NCBI RefSeq assembly: GCF_963921235.1
Contig: NC_086097.1
Span: forward strand, 56,236,001 to 56,300,000
Reading direction: 5' to 3'
Length of the DNA stretch: 64,000 nt
Source of the DNA: Mobula hypostoma
Taxonomy: Eukaryota
The notes under the pieces were generated by a model. The model did not search any database, was not told the DNA's origin, and saw only the letters and a program-made list of their open reading frames with translations. Below, in pieces: positions 1 to 13,536 of the stretch; the first letter of the stretch is position 1, and every line of letters starts with the position of its first letter. The translations under genes and the position numbers were made by a program.

Positions 1-119
1 CTTGCATTGAACAGAGGAAATCAGACTGTTGGGTCTTGTCAGATTAAGCATTCATGAAAGTGAAACACTGATAGTGTTAGAGCTCTTAATTAAATTATGC
101 CTCATTGTTTTGTTTGCAG

Positions 120-259
120 GTACCAATCCCTCCAATTCTTGGTTTCTATCAAATGACAGAAGAAAAGCAACAATTAAAGATTGCAGTCAATCTAAAACTT
201 CATGAGAGTGTCAAAAATGGATTTGAATATTGTGAAGCTCATATTCCCTTCTTTAACAG
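120..259 (+). CDS. AP5M1: AP-5 complex subunit mu-1, internal coding exon (upstream exons lie outside the window)
   Basis: tttgcAG acceptor and GTattg donor. Translates [46 protein letters not shown](R), matching recalled vertebrate AP5M1 ([12 protein letters not shown]...[21 protein letters not shown]). Confidence 0.95.
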
Positions 260-560
260 GTATTGAAGGTGGTATCTTGTATTTTTAAAAAAGTTTGCTA
301 TGTCAGTGAAGGTTTTATGTGGGATATATGTGCAGGATATCCAGCAAATTTGTAGGATGTGGTATATAGTAAAATTGTATAATAAACTACCCATTTGAAT
401 ATCAAGTGTATTATTTTATTGCTTGCCTTTCAGCAATTTTAATGTGTTTAAGGTTGGTAAGTTGGTGATGTGTGGGTGGCAATTAGATGGGATAGGTTGC
501 GGTAAGTGAATAAAGTTCTTTGCTAGATGAAACTTGGAAGGCTCATTTTACAAAAAATGG

Positions 561-2644
561 CAGATTGGAGGATTGGCATATTGCTCATGTTGTTCCATTG
601 TTTAAAAAGGGTTCTAAGAGTAAACCTAGCAATTATCGGCCTGTGAGTTTTATGTCAGTGGTGGGTAAATTGATGGAAAGTATTCTTAGAGATGGTATAT
701 ATAATTATCTGGATAGACAGGGTCTGATTAGGAACAGTCAACATGGATTTGTGTGTGGAAGGTCATGTTTGACAAATCTTATTGAACTTTTCGATGAGGT
801 TACTAGGAAAGTTGACTAGGGTAAAGCAGTGGATGTTGTCTATATGGACTTCAGTAAGGCCTTTGACAAGGTTCCACACAGAAGGTTGGTTAGGAAGGTT
901 CAATCGTTAGGCATTAATATCAAAGTGGTAAAATGGATTCAGCAGTGGCTGGATGGGAGATGCCAGAGAGTAGTGGTGGATAACTGTTTGTCAGATTGGC
1001 AGCCGGTGACTAGTGGTGTTCCTCAGGGATCTGTACTGGGTCCAATGTTGTTTGTCATATATACTAACGATCTGGATGATGGGGTGGTAAATTGGATTAG
1101 TAAGTATGCAGATGAAACTAAGATAGGAGGCATTGTGGATAATGAAGTGGGTTTTCAAAGCTTGCAGAGTGATTTAGGCCTGTTAGCAGAGTGGACTGAA
1201 AGATGGCAGATGGAGTTTAATGCTGAAAAATGTGAGGTGCTACATTTTGGTAGGACTAATCAAAATAGGACATACATGGTAAATTTTTAGATTTTTTAGA
1301 TTATGAAGACACGCAGTTCTCTTTTATTGTCATTTAGTAATGCATGCATTAAGAAATGATACAATATTTCCTCTGGTGTGATATCACAAAACACAGGACA
1401 GACCAAGATTGAAAAAACTAACAAAACCACATCATTATAACATATAGTTACAACAGTGCAACAATACCATAACTTGATGAAGAACAGTCCATGGCACAGT
1501 AAAAAGTTCAAAGTCTCTCAAATGTCCCACATCTCACGGGGACAGGAGAAGGAAGAAAAACTCTCCCTGCCATGCCTGACCATAGTCCGATTCTGAGTCA
1601 TCCGAAAACTTCGAGCCTCCGATCAGCTCTCCGACACTGAGTACTGAGCGCCATCTCTGTCCGAATGATTCGACCTCAATCTTGGTCGCCAACAGCAGGC
1701 AAAGCCAGGGATTTTGAGGCCTTCCCGCTGGAAGATTCCCGACCGCGCAGCAACAACAGCAGCGAACTGGCGTTTCAGAAATTTCTCCAGATGTTCCTCT
1801 GTGCTTTCACATCGGTCTCCATCAAATCAGAATTGTCCACGGCACCTATTCAACGGATACAATATCATTTTTCACCGGAGAGCTGCGCACGCGCCAATTG
1901 GTAGGGCATTGAAGAATGCGTAGAACAGAGGGATCTAGGAATAATGGTGCATAGTTCCCTGAAGGTGGAATCTCATGTGGGTAGGGGGATGAAGAAAGAT
2001 TTTGGTATGCTGGCCTTTATAAATCGGAGCATTGAGTATAGGAGTTGGGATGTAATGTTGAAATTGTATAAGGCATTGGTGAGGCCAAATTTGGAGTATT
2101 GCGTACCGTTCTGGTCACCGAATTATAGGAAAGATGTCAAAAAAAATTGAGAGAGTACAGAGGAGATTTACTAAAATGTTGCCTGGGTTTCATCTCCTAA
2201 GTTACAGAGAAAGGTTGAACAAGTTAGGTCTTTATTCTTTGGAGCATAGAAGGTTGAAGGGGGACTTGATGGAGGTATTTAAAATTGAGGAGGATAGATA
2301 GAGTTGACGTGGATAGGCTTTTTCCATTGAGAGTGGGGGAGATTCAAACAAGAGGACATGAGTTGAGAGTTAAAGGGCACTAGTTTAGGGGTAACATGAG
2401 GGGGGACTTCTTTACTCAGAGAATGGTAGCTGTGTGGAACGAGCTTCCAGCAGAAGTGGTTGAGGCAGGTTTGATGTTGTCATTTAAAGTTAAATTTGAT
2501 AGATATATGGACAGGAAAGGAATGGAAAGTTATGGGCTGAGTGCAGGTCAGTGGGACTAGGTGAGAGTAAGAGTTCAGCACAGACTAGAAGGGCCGAGAT
2601 GGCCTGTTTCCATGCTGTAATTGTTATATGGTTAGATGGTTATA
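561..2644 (+). mobile_element. 5'-truncated CR1-type LINE (RT region and 3' end), interrupted by a family A insertion at ~1285-1895
   Basis: ORFs 520-819, 829-1290 and 1944-2150 carry RT motifs ([36 protein letters not shown]). In-frame stop at 817-819. Ends in a TATGG-like repeat tail. Confidence 0.92.
1285..1895 (-). mobile_element. Non-coding retroposon, family A, copy 1
   Basis: Colinear with 26490-27184, 35268-35930 and 43396-43626. Splits the CR1 at ...atggtaaat / ggtagggcattg... Confidence 0.8.
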
Positions 2645-3482
2645 AAATTAGCTTTTTTCTCAAATGGGAGATGTAGGAAAAAGTCCAGTGGCCTATTGAC
2701 ACTTAATATGTACTATACAAAATGAATATAATTACAACTAAATAGATAATTGTTTAGTAATAACATTCCGAAATTTCAAACATGGCAGCGGAATGTGTGG
2801 TGATACGTGTGGCCTGCCCCAGCGTATGCTGCTTGTTAATCTAATCACTATGTCTGGATCTACATGTGATTAATAGATAATCTAATTTTAATATTTTTCA
2901 TCTGTTGCATAACATAAGGTCCCGGAATCTGTTTTCTTAGCAAGTTGTCTTTGAACATTGAGAATTTTTCTCTCTGGGTGCACCATGCAGACGATTTCTG
3001 TGGACTGTTTGTTGAAGGGATTTTCCTTGGTAATTTAAATAGGTAGTTACAGCTTCTGCAAACAAACCTGACATTTAGAGATACCAGTTACATTTGCAAT
3101 ATTGATTCACATCCAAACCATTAAAACAATTTTAATAATTATCTTTACATTTCAATATTGATTCTATTAGAATCAAATTATTTGTAGGATTTTTCAACCA
3201 TGACCACTTCTGACTTCTCTTAATCTATCAACTTCTATCGTTTATGAAGAGTGGAATAATTTCATATCGTGCAGTATGTTTTAAAGAAAAAAAAACTACT
3301 GCCAGAAATTCTTTAATTCTAACGACAACTGTGATAATTAGAAATCTAAGTACTGTAGTGAATTCCGAAGGCATTATAGAGTCAGTTCTACAAATATAAC
3401 CACAACAATATTTCTTTCCCTATAACCGATATAAGACTTTTAATAGGTGTTAAATTTTGGTGCATACCCGTTACAATAGTTT

Positions 3483-3970
3483 GGTAGCCTCCAACTTGAA
3501 GGCATGAGCATGAGTTTCTCGAACTTGTGGTAATTTCCCTCCTCCTTCCCCCCCCCCCCACCACCTCAGCCTTCACCATTCCCTTATTCCTATTTCCCTC
3601 TTACCTTATCTCCTTACCTGCCCATCACCTCCCTCTGGTACTTCTTCCACTACCCTTTCTTCCATGGTCTTCCTCCCTCTCCTATCAAATTCACCCTTCT
3701 GTAGCCCTTTATCTCCTTCACCAATCAACTTCCTAGCTCTTTATTTCAATCCCCTCCCTCCCTCCCAGTTTCACCTATCACCTTGTACTTCTTCCTCCCC
3801 TTCCTCCACCTTCTTGCTCTGACTTTTTTATCCAGTCGTGATGAAGGTCTCGGTCCGAAACATCAGCTGTCTACTCTTTTTCCATAGATGCTGTCTGGCC
3901 TGCTAAGTTCCTCAGTATTTTGTGTGTGTTGCTTGGATTTCCATTATCTGCAGATTTTCCCATGTTTGTG
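3483..3970 (+). mobile_element. Penelope-like element 3' fragment
   Basis: End of the GIY-YIG coding region, pyrimidine-rich UTR and degenerate hammerhead-like motif. Flanked by the 10-bp direct repeat ACAATAGTTT (3473-3482, 3971-3980). Confidence 0.8.
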
Positions 3971-4103
3971 ACAATAGTTTATCTTAATGTTTGTGGTTAG
4001 TTACTGTATTTGAAATGACCCTGTGCTTTTAGTAAGTTGTCTCTGCAGATATGTAAAACATTCAATAATGTTTATATAAGTTCCACATTGCGATTCATTA
4101 CAG

Positions 4104-4935
4104 TTCAATAGGTACATTTAATGACAGAAATGTAGACAACATACATCCTGAAAGTCTTTTTCTTTGCAAACATCCACAAGGTCAGAGGAATGCCCCAAAG
4201 AATGAATGACAGTTAGAAGTTAGAACCCCAAAGCCCCCTCCCAGCTCCCTCCCCACACAGAAGCAGCAGCAAGGCAATGACCCCCCTCCCCCAGCAGCAA
4301 AAAAGCATCAGCGCCCTCCACTGAGCTCTCAAGTGTGCAGCAAAGCTTCAATAAAGACACAGACTTGCAGTACCCAGAAGTCCACTCGTTCACCCGGTAA
4401 TTTGACATACCACAGGCTCTCTCTCCCCAATAAGGAAAGAGAGGTGACCCCATTTCACACCAAGAGTGGAGACATAACAAACAACTCACTGACTTATGAT
4501 GTTAGAAGTCTGTTGCGCCGCTTTTTCTGACCCCTGTACCCGGAGAATCAGCCCAGGAAAGGCTCGGGTCTCTGGACACAACCAGCAGCTAGCCCAGTGC
4601 TCCAGATGTTCTGTGTTCTCCTGTGACACCTCAGTCAGGGGCACCGGCCTTGAATCAGCCCGTCTCCCGAGCCACGAAAAATCCGGCACCCTGAAGGCAC
4701 ACTAGTCTTCCAGGCCACGTCCTTGGGATATCAAAAAACGGCTGGTCATAAGGCCCTGAGAGCAGGTCCCATTCCTGCAAAGAACCCAAGTCAGAGTGTA
4801 ACTCCAGGTCAGGGTCTTCAAAAGAACCATGAAAAGATGGGGAAAAAAAGAGATATTAAAGATAGAAATAGAGCTGTTTTCAAAGATGCAAGGAAAGGAG
4901 TCGCCGTTTAGTGCCATCTTAACTTTGCTCCGCCC
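4104..4935 (-). mobile_element. Non-coding retroposon, family B, copy 1
   Basis: Minus strand starts GGGCGGAGCAAAGTTAAGATGGC and is partly colinear with 51558-52384. Flanked by TCATTACAG / TCATTAAAG, a putative TSD with one mismatch. Confidence 0.7.
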
Positions 4936-5206
4936 TCATTAAAGATGTACTAAGGCAAGAACCATTTGTTATATGAAAGTGGCTCTGTTTCTTTTGAGAA
5001 CATATGAATTCTGCAACAGCTTGCTAAGTATTTTAAGTCGATCGGTATCATTTACATCGAATTAAATTCAGAGAAGTATAAAATTCACTTATTTTAGAAG
5101 TTATATGAACAGTTTTTTATATTTCAGAGAACTTCTGCATGCTATGTTATTTTCTGATCTCTACAACATATCTCAGATTTAAATTAGTGTTAAAAAGTTA
5201 TAGAAG

Positions 5207-7362
5207 AACATAGAACATAGAATAGTACAGCACAGTACAGGCCCTTCGGCCCATAATGTTGTGCCGACCCTCAAACCCTGCCTCCCATATAAGCCCCCAC
5301 CTTAAATTCCTCCATATACCTGTCTAGTAGTCTCTTAAACTTCACTAGTGTATCTGCCTCCACCACTGATTCAGGCAGTGCATTCCACACACCAACCACT
5401 CTCTGAGTAAAAAACCTTCCTCTAATATCCGCTTTGAACTTCCCACCCCTTACCTTAAAGCCATGTCCTCTTGTATTGAGTAGTGGTGCCCTGGGGAAGA
5501 GGCGCTGGCTAGCCACTCTATCTATTCCTCTTATTATCTTGTAAACCTCTATCATGTCTCCTGTCATCCTCCTCCTCTCCAAAGAGTAAAACCCTAGCTC
5601 CGTTAATCTCTGATCATAATGCATACCCTCTAAACCAGGCAGCATCCTGGTAAATCTCCTCTGTACCCTTTCCAATGCTTCCACATCCTTCCTATAGTGA
5701 GGCGACCAGAACTGGACACAGTACTCCAAGTGTGGCCTAACCAGAGTTTTATAGAGCTGCATCATTACATCGCGACTCTTAAAGTCTGTCCCTCGACTTA
5801 TGAAAGCTAACACCCCATAAGCTTTCTTAACTACCCTATCCACCTGTGAGGCAACTTTCAGGGATCTGTGGACATGTACACCCAGATCCCTCTGCTCCTC
5901 CACACTACCAAGTATCCTGCCATTTACTTTGTACTCTGCCTTGGAGTTTGTCCTTCCAAAGTGTACCACCTCACACTTCTCAGGGTTGAACTCCATCTGC
6001 CATTTCTCAGCCCACTTCTGCATCCTATCAATGTCTCTCTGCGATCTTTGACAATCTTTACACTATCTCCAACACCACCAACCTTTGTGTCGTCTGCAAA
6101 CTTGCTAACCCACCCTTCTACCCCCACATCCAGGTCGTTAATAAAAATTCCAAGAAGTAGAGGTCCCAGAACAGACCCTTGTGGGACACCACTAGTCACA
6201 ATCCTCCAATCTGAATGTACCCCCTCCACCGCGACCCTCTGCCTTCTGCAGGCAAGCCAATTCTGAATCCACCTGGCTAAACTTCCCTGGATCCCATGCC
6301 TTCTGACTTTCTGAATAAGCCTACCGTGTGGAACCTTGTCAAATGCCTTACTAAATCCATATAGATCACATCCACTGCACTACCCTCATGTGTATGCCTG
6401 GTCACCTCCTTAAAGAACTCTATCAGACTTGTTAAACACAATCTGCCCTTCACAAAGCCATGCTGACTGTCCCTGATCAGACCATGATTCTCTAAATGCC
6501 CATAGATCCTATCTCTAAGAATCTTTTCCAACAGCTTTCCCACCACAGACGTAAGGTTCACTAGTCTATAATTACCCGGACTATCTCTACTACCTTTTTT
6601 GAACAACGGGACAACATTCGCCTCCCTCCAATCCTCCGGTACCATTCCCGTGGGTAACGAGGACATAAAGATCCTGGCCAGAGGCTCAGCAATCTCTTCC
6701 CTCGCCTCATGGAGCAGCCTGGGGAATATTCCGTCAGGCCCCGGACAACTCCAACACCTCCTGTTCCTTAATATCAACATGCTCCAGAACATTAACCTCA
6801 CTCATATTGTCCTCACCATCATCAAGTTCCCTCTCATTGGTGAATACCGAAGAGAAGTATTCATTGAGGACCTCGCTCACTTCCACAGCCTCCAGGCACA
6901 TCTTCCCACCTTTATCTCTAATCGGTCCTACCTTCACTCCTGTCATCCTTTTTTTTCTTCACATAATTGAAGAATGCCTTGGGGTTTTCCTTTACCCTAC
7001 TCGCCAAGGCCTTCTCATGCCCCCTTCTTGCTCTTCTCAGCCCCTTCTTAAGCTCCTTTCTTGCTTCCCTATATTCCTCAATAGACCCATCTGATCCTTG
7101 CTTCCTAAACCTCATGTATGCTGCCTTCTTCCACTTGATTAGATTTTCCACCTCACTTGCCACCCATGGTTTCTCCACCTTACTATTCTTTATCTTCCTC
7201 ACTGGGACAAATTTATCCCTAACATCCTGCAAGAGATCTTTAAACATCGACCACATGTCCATAGTATATTTCCCTGCAAAAACATCATCCCAATTCACAC
7301 CCACAAGTTCTAGCCTTATAGCCTCATAATTTGCCCTTCCCCAATTAAAAATTTTCCTGTCC
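5207..7362 (-). mobile_element. Young 5'-truncated CR1 LINE (ORF2 RT and C-terminus, frameshifted)
   Basis: Minus-strand ORFs 6918-7304, 6277-6801, 5924-6229 and 5271-6023 form a colinear CR1 ORF2 (FADDTK, VRPHLEYCVQFWSP, FFTQRVV..WN.LP). (TTCTATG)n 3' tail. Confidence 0.95.
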
Positions 7363-8224
7363 TTGTACTAATGTCTCTCTGCACCTACTGCATTTCGTTA
7401 GAAAACTAATACCAAATCACAAATGTTAGCGGTGGTGGTTGTTGGGCTTTATATAACTTCATTTGTAGTTCATGGGCCCAACTCTCTCAGCTGTGTTTAG
7501 TGTCATAATAGCAAAGGTTTACTTTTATGTATAAAGGAAAAAGGTATCAAAGATGAGAGTGGAACCTTTAAATGGTGACATTGAGGAATTGCTAATGGAA
7601 AATGAGATGGCAGATAGGTTAAAATATTTTATTGTATCAGTTAGAACTGCGAATATCCCAAAGATATTTGATGGGCTGGTTTCAAATCGTATTAAAGAAT
7701 GTTTAACAATTCCTGCCATGAGGAACAATTTATTGGAGGGAGAAACTAATGAGACAAAAGGCAGACAAGTTACCACAACTAAATGGCCTATACCTGAGGG
7801 TTATTTGTTTACACAGCTGTCCTTTTAATTTCAAAGCTGATAACTGTTTATAGCTCACATTTAACCAGGTTTATTTGAAGTCTGCTTCTCCCCTGTTATA
7901 CACATAATTCCTGAAGGAAATCCTATGTTTGATGATCCCAAATGGGGTCTTGGCATTCTCATGCATGAACTGCAAGAAGTTGGCTGGTAGGTGCAGCAGT
8001 TAGTTAGGAAAGCTAATAGCATATTGACCTTTCTTGTAAGAGAGTTGGGGGTTTAAAAATAAGGAAGTATGGTTAGATTTGTACATTATGCCTATGAGGC
8101 CTATGGACAGCCTTTGAAGCCTTATTTAAAAGACGCTATACCTGTACTGGAGATGTCTTAAAGAGTTTCACTAGGGTTATTTTTCAAGTAAGAGAGTTGC
8201 CCTATCTTAAACCCCTAAACAAAT

Positions 8225-8715
8225 TAGAGGAAGGTTCTACAATGGGTCGTCAAAACTGCTGAATGCACCATTGACACCGGCCTACACATTAGCAAGGACG
8301 TGTGTACAGAAAGGTGCCAGAAAAGGACCAGTAACATGAAGCATCTCATGCACCCTGCTCATGGATTGTTTGACCCATTCCCATCAAGGAGGAGACTGGA
8401 TAGCATCTGTGCCAGCACCACAAGACTTAAAAACAGTTACTTTCCCCACACAGTAAGGCTGATCAACATCTCTACCCACTAACTGCACCACTACTTTATT
8501 ATCTCCACCATTACTTTACATAAAGCCTAGCGTCACTTTATTAGCATACAGTCAATCTATGTATACAGGTATAAGCTATCTTATATATTCATATTTATTA
8601 TGTTTTATTATTTTTGTATTATTTGCCCTTTTTTGTGCTTCATTGGACTTGGAGTGATAATTATTTCATTTTCTTTACACTTCTGTACAGGAAATGACAT
8701 TAAACAATCTTGATT
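8225..8715 (+). mobile_element. Rex1/Babar-type LINE 3' end, inside an older degenerate CR1 (~7510-9090)
   Basis: Translates HPAHGLFDPFPSRRR...TTRLKNSYFPHTVRLIN. 3' UTR ends aaatgacattaaacaatcttga and is similar to 35930-36085 plus 37830-37970. Confidence 0.75.
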
Positions 8716-9201
8716 TAGATTTATATTCTTTAGTGTTTAGAAGATTGAGTGGTGATCTTATTGAAATATGTAAGGTACCAATGACAGTAGAAGTCTAGAT
8801 GTTTCCACTAGTAGGTGAACCTTGAATTAGGAGTATGATTGCAAGATAAGGGAGCAATTACTTAAAACTAAATTCCATAGGAATTTTATTTCATGAAGGG
8901 TGTTGAACCAATGGATTGTGGGGAAGTATTTAAAGAAGATACATTTTTTTTGAAAGATCAGGGAATTATGGGCTATGGAGATTCAGCGCAGAAGATGAAC
9001 TAAGGCTTGGGACCTTGATTTAACTTTATTAGCAAGGCAGATTTGAGGGGCCAAATGGCCACCACCTCCTTCTATTTACTTCTGTTCTTATTCATCGTTA
9101 ACAGAAATCAAAAAATACTCAAATGTTTTGCAGTAAAGTAAAATTTGATTTCCAGGCATTTTAATATATCTGATTATCCTGCTCTCTTCATTTCTTGATA
9201 G

Positions 9202-9287
9202 GGGTCCAATTATAAACACTGATTGTAAGGTGAACCATGGGCAGCTAGAGGTGGCACGAGAGAAAAGCTTACTGGTTTGGATCATTG
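9202..9287 (+). CDS. AP5M1: AP5M1 internal coding exon
   Basis: ttgatAG acceptor, GTtag donor, phase 2 in and phase 1 out. Translates [28 protein letters not shown](G). Confidence 0.95.
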
Positions 9288-9607
9288 GTTAGCATACTAT
9301 TCTATTTCACTTAAATTTGATTCAAGATACAATATTTTTACGAACTTGTACTATAGTTATTTTTAAAATATGAATTAATCTACATGGTCAGTAAATGAAA
9401 TTTTGTATTTATCGTATTAGTTGTCTTTTTAAAGAATTACAATTAATGTCATTGTAAATGAATTGAATCTATTAAACATCTTTAATCAGCCTTGTACAGA
9501 GGCATCATGCTTATTCATAAAGCATCCAACATTTGCTTCAGTTCTATGTCTGCTAGCTTATTTCAGCAAGCAAATTATATTACATAAATGATGGCAAATA
9601 TTCTAGT

Positions 9608-9918
9608 GGGCTCGTGGCCAAGTGGTTAAGGCGTTCGACTAGCGATCTGAAGGTCGTGAATTTGAGCCCCAGCCAAGGCAGCGTGTTGTGTCCTTGAGCA
9701 AGGCACTTAATCACACAGTGCTCTGCGACGACACTGGTGCCAAGCTGTATGGGTCCTAATGCCCTTCCCTTTGTCAACATCGGTGGTGTGGCGAGGGGAG
9801 ACTTGCAGCGTGGGCAACTGCCAGTCTTCCGTACAACCTTGCCCAGGCCTGCGCCCTGGAGAGTGAAGACTTTCCAGGCGCAGATCCATGGTCTCGCAAG
9901 ACTAACGGATGCCTTTAT
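9608..9918 (+). mobile_element. tRNA-derived SINE with CORE-like centre and RTE-like 3' end
   Basis: A box TGGCCAAGTGG, degenerate B box at ~9657-9668, CORE-like GTGTCCTTGAGCAAGGCACTTAA, and tail CCATGGTCTCGCAAGACTAACGGATGCC followed by TTTA repeats. Confidence 0.75.
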
Positions 9919-10862
9919 TTTTTATTATTCTACGAGAAGTAATTGCAAGTTCTTATCAATTTAATGAAGCCAACTTACTTTGTTTTGTATTGGATTGTTT
10001 AAAACCCTAACCAGATATGATAATTTCACTGAATTCTTCCAAATTTTATGTTTATGTTTCAAATAATTACTGCATGCTTTGTCATTTCTGATCTCTTTAC
10101 AATATATTGCCAATATAAATTACAATGTGTTGAAATGCCATGCAACAGTGTGTCACTGTACCTATAATAGAAAATTAATATAGATTATAAAATAAGTTTT
10201 GATTATTGGGCTTTATTTATCTTATTTATTTCAACTGTGGTTCATGGGCCCAATTCTCTCAGACTTATAATAAGAGCTTTTATAGATATATAAAAAGGAG
10301 GAGGGTATCAAGGAGTGGAACCCTTAGAAGGTGATACTGAGGATTATTACAAATAGGGAAAAAGGAAGTGGCGGGTAAGTTAAATCACTATATTATATCT
10401 GTTTTCACTTTAGAGAGCACTGCACGTATCTCAAAGATTTCTGATAGGCTAGTTTAGAATAATCTGATTACTTGTAACAATTCCTACCACAAATTACAAC
10501 TGGAAAGAAGCAGAATTAATTTATCAGGTCAAAGGTTTGTTTTGTCAGAATTTCCCCAGGTGTTGACTATCCTGCTTTACCATTTTTTTTAGTTTTTAAT
10601 CAGCTATTTTTATACATTTCTATCTTGCAGAAAACAAAATCTTGTGGAAAATTGAAGCTAAGTTATTTGCTAGAGTTGTTGCATGGACTTGACACTTTAT
10701 GTTATATTTTTCAAACCAATTAGATATGGAAATGCTTAAGAAAAATCAGCTCTGAATATTTCATTTTATCTTCCCAAATAAGAATATACTGAATGAGGAA
10801 TGTGCTATTTAAAGTTTTTGGTGTTGGTAATTTATTGTAAATGCACTTTATTCGCTTCTTAG

Positions 10863-10990
10863 GTCAGAAATTCCCAAAGTCATTGGAAGTATCTTTAACT
10901 GGTACAGTAACATTCTGTGGAGTTGGTGCTGCAAACCAACCAATGCAGCCAACCGATCCATTCTGTATTGGACTTACAGCATATGTTAAG
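10863..10990 (+). CDS. AP5M1: AP5M1 internal coding exon
   Basis: cttcttAG acceptor, GTagac donor. Translates (G)[42 protein letters not shown]. Confidence 0.95.
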
Positions 10991-12140
10991 GTAGACTGCT
11001 GCTTTCCATTTTCTACTTGATTATTTAGACCTTCCAAAGGAGGAAAAGGAAATGTGTTAATTAATAACAAAGCCAAATGAACAGAAATTACTTTAATTGC
11101 TGCATCACTTTTACCTGCCTTAAGTTTTGACCAAGTATAGCTTTTCATCGAAACAAGTAATATTTAATTATTCACATTTTACTCATATTGAATACTTAAC
11201 ATAATTATTCAATTATCTTTGGCTATCAAACTTCATATTACGATTTTTTTCTGTACCATTCCTTAGATTGAGGAAAAGCAATGAAGGATATGTAATGACA
11301 TACATACAAATAAATTCCTTAAAATGTTAGATTTGGTATACTTTGTTCTACTTTTCAGAATCAAACATGCAAACTATTTGGATTAAATCAACAATGCGAC
11401 AAGTAGTTTTAAAGTCCTAAGTTCACACCAAGTCTTTGATATTTAAAAAAATAGAAACTGCTGGAAATTCCCAATAGGCCGGGCAAAATCTGATGTTTAA
11501 CGAGGAAAGAAGCCCTGAATTTGGAACATCGGCTTTTTTTATTTATTTATAGCTATATAAACTTAGGTAAAAATTGCTAGGACTTCAGGCTAATGAGTTG
11601 AAATGGGTATTTTTCTCTCCAGGAAAATACCAATTTTTTTCTGACAGAGCCCATATTACAAAATTCAAATGGCTTTTGAAGAGAAATTATAAATTCTTCA
11701 CCGCAGAAGGTGATGCAGCTTCATAAAAAATGAAATCTTGAAGGAGTAATTATATTTAACAGCTTGGAAACATGATTAAGTTGGTTTGAAATCAAGAACA
11801 ATGTAATTTTACTAGAAGAATCTGCTGATGGTCTAAAACTTCCTTGGACAAAGATTCCAAGAGCATTATGGCTTCAGTAAAAGATAGTACTTTAAATGTT
11901 GCATATCTAACTTGCAAATCAACTTGAGAAGTGGACCTTTTTTTTCCCCTTTCTAAAGAATGGGCCATTTGATCTCTTAACAAAAACGGACACAAATTCA
12001 TTTCCACAAAGAAATTTATTGTAACCAACATAACATTCATGGAAAACAAGCTAAATAACGGTTGGCAATGTTATGATAAAATGTGGTTGATTTCTTGTTC
12101 CAAAATACCTCATTAATATTTAATTTTATTATCAATCCAG

Positions 12141-12237
12141 CTTTACTTCCGAATCCCAGATTATACATTGACTGGTTGCTATGTGGACCAACATTCAGTG
12201 CAAGTCTACTCTTCAGCAAAGCCTAAAATTGTCACAT
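12141..12237 (+). CDS. AP5M1: AP5M1 penultimate coding exon
   Basis: atccAG acceptor, GTaagt donor. Translates [32 protein letters not shown]. Confidence 0.95.
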
Positions 12238-12379
12238 GTAAGTTTCAATAATGTTCTTATTGTATTGATCGAATGATGAAGATTTTGGATTTTCCTTCAA
12301 CAGGAATAGGTAACCCAGCATGAGTCAATCTCATCTGCAATTATTGCCGAAAAGACAAAAACATTGACATGTTCATTTA

Positions 12380-13094
12380 AGTGCAACACCTGTCCCTACA
12401 CCTCATCTCTTGCAATCATTCAGGGCCCCAAACAGTCCTTCCAGGTTAGACAACACTTCACTTGTGAGTCTGTTGGGGTCATCTATTGCATCCGGTGCTC
12501 CTGGTGCAGCCTCCTCTACATCGGTGAAACCCGACGCAGATTGGGGGACCGCTTCGTCAAGCACCTCCACTCCGTCCGCCACAACAGACAGGATCTCCCG
12601 GTAGCCACCCACTTCAACTCTGCTTCCCATTCCCATTCAGATATGTCCATACATGGCCTCCTCTACTGCCATGATGAGGCTAAACTCAGGTTGGAGGAGC
12701 AACACCTCATATACCGTCTAGGTAGTCTCCAGCCCCTTGGTATGAACATAGAATTCTCCAACTTCTGGTAATTCCCTTCCCTCTCCCTTCCTCTATCCCT
12801 ATTTCACTCTACCCCTTCCCCCAGCTCTCTCATGGTTCCGCCTCCTTCTACTACCCATTGTTTTCAGGGCTATGACGGCAATGCTTCCCCTCCCCCACCC
12901 CTTTGTCTTTTAAATTACTGGCCTTTCAACTGACGTTACAAGCATTCTTCAAATCCTTCCCCATCTTTCATTCTTCAGTCCTGACGAAGAGTTGACTCAT
13001 CGTTTCTAATTGATGCTGCTGGACCTGCTGAGTTCATCCAGCGTACTGAAAGTGTAGCTCTGATCACAGCATCTGCAGATTATTTTGTGTTTAC
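12380..13094 (+). mobile_element. 5'-truncated Penelope-like element with GIY-YIG endonuclease remnant, in the last AP5M1 intron
   Basis: ORF 12364-12771 reads GVIYCIRC..C.LLYIGETRRRLGDRF..H...PVATHFN...EEQHLIYRLGSLQPLGMN. Perfect 14-bp TSD GACATGTTCATTTA at 12366-12379 and 13095-13108. Confidence 0.92.
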
Positions 13095-13536
13095 GACATG
13101 TTCATTTACTGGTCGTATTATATTTCTGCCTTCTGCCTTTCAATAGGTGATGTTAATCATCAAAAATTTAGATCCTTAAGATTTTGATGGTTAGACTTAT
13201 TGACCTTTACTCTTCTCTCTCATCCTAATTTCAAGTTTTTTTGAAGTTTCTCCAGATCTTCAATGTCCTTGTATCACAAACGAATTATTAACCAAGGGGA
13301 AAGTGTAGCTGATGCTTACAGCAAACTATCAGACCTGGCTGTAGTGATCACTGAGGAAGTATTAGCCCATTCCTGTGCAATTTAAGCTGATGTTTATAAC
13401 CTAATCGTTGTAATTGACATTGAAATTCAAAAATTGTATATTTTTTGTTTTTCAGAATTCATTTACTTTTGCTGGATCTTTACTGTTTCTAGTGAGCTCC
13501 ACCCTCCACTAACTGACTTATCATTTCACTTTTTAG

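Noticed and set aside
5868..7329. Plus-strand ORFs of 95-132 aa
   Set aside because: Antisense shadows of the CR1 ORF2 on the minus strand.
9608..9680. Possible tRNA gene
   Set aside because: The B box is degenerate and the sequence continues into a CORE-like body and LINE-like tail, so it is a SINE head.
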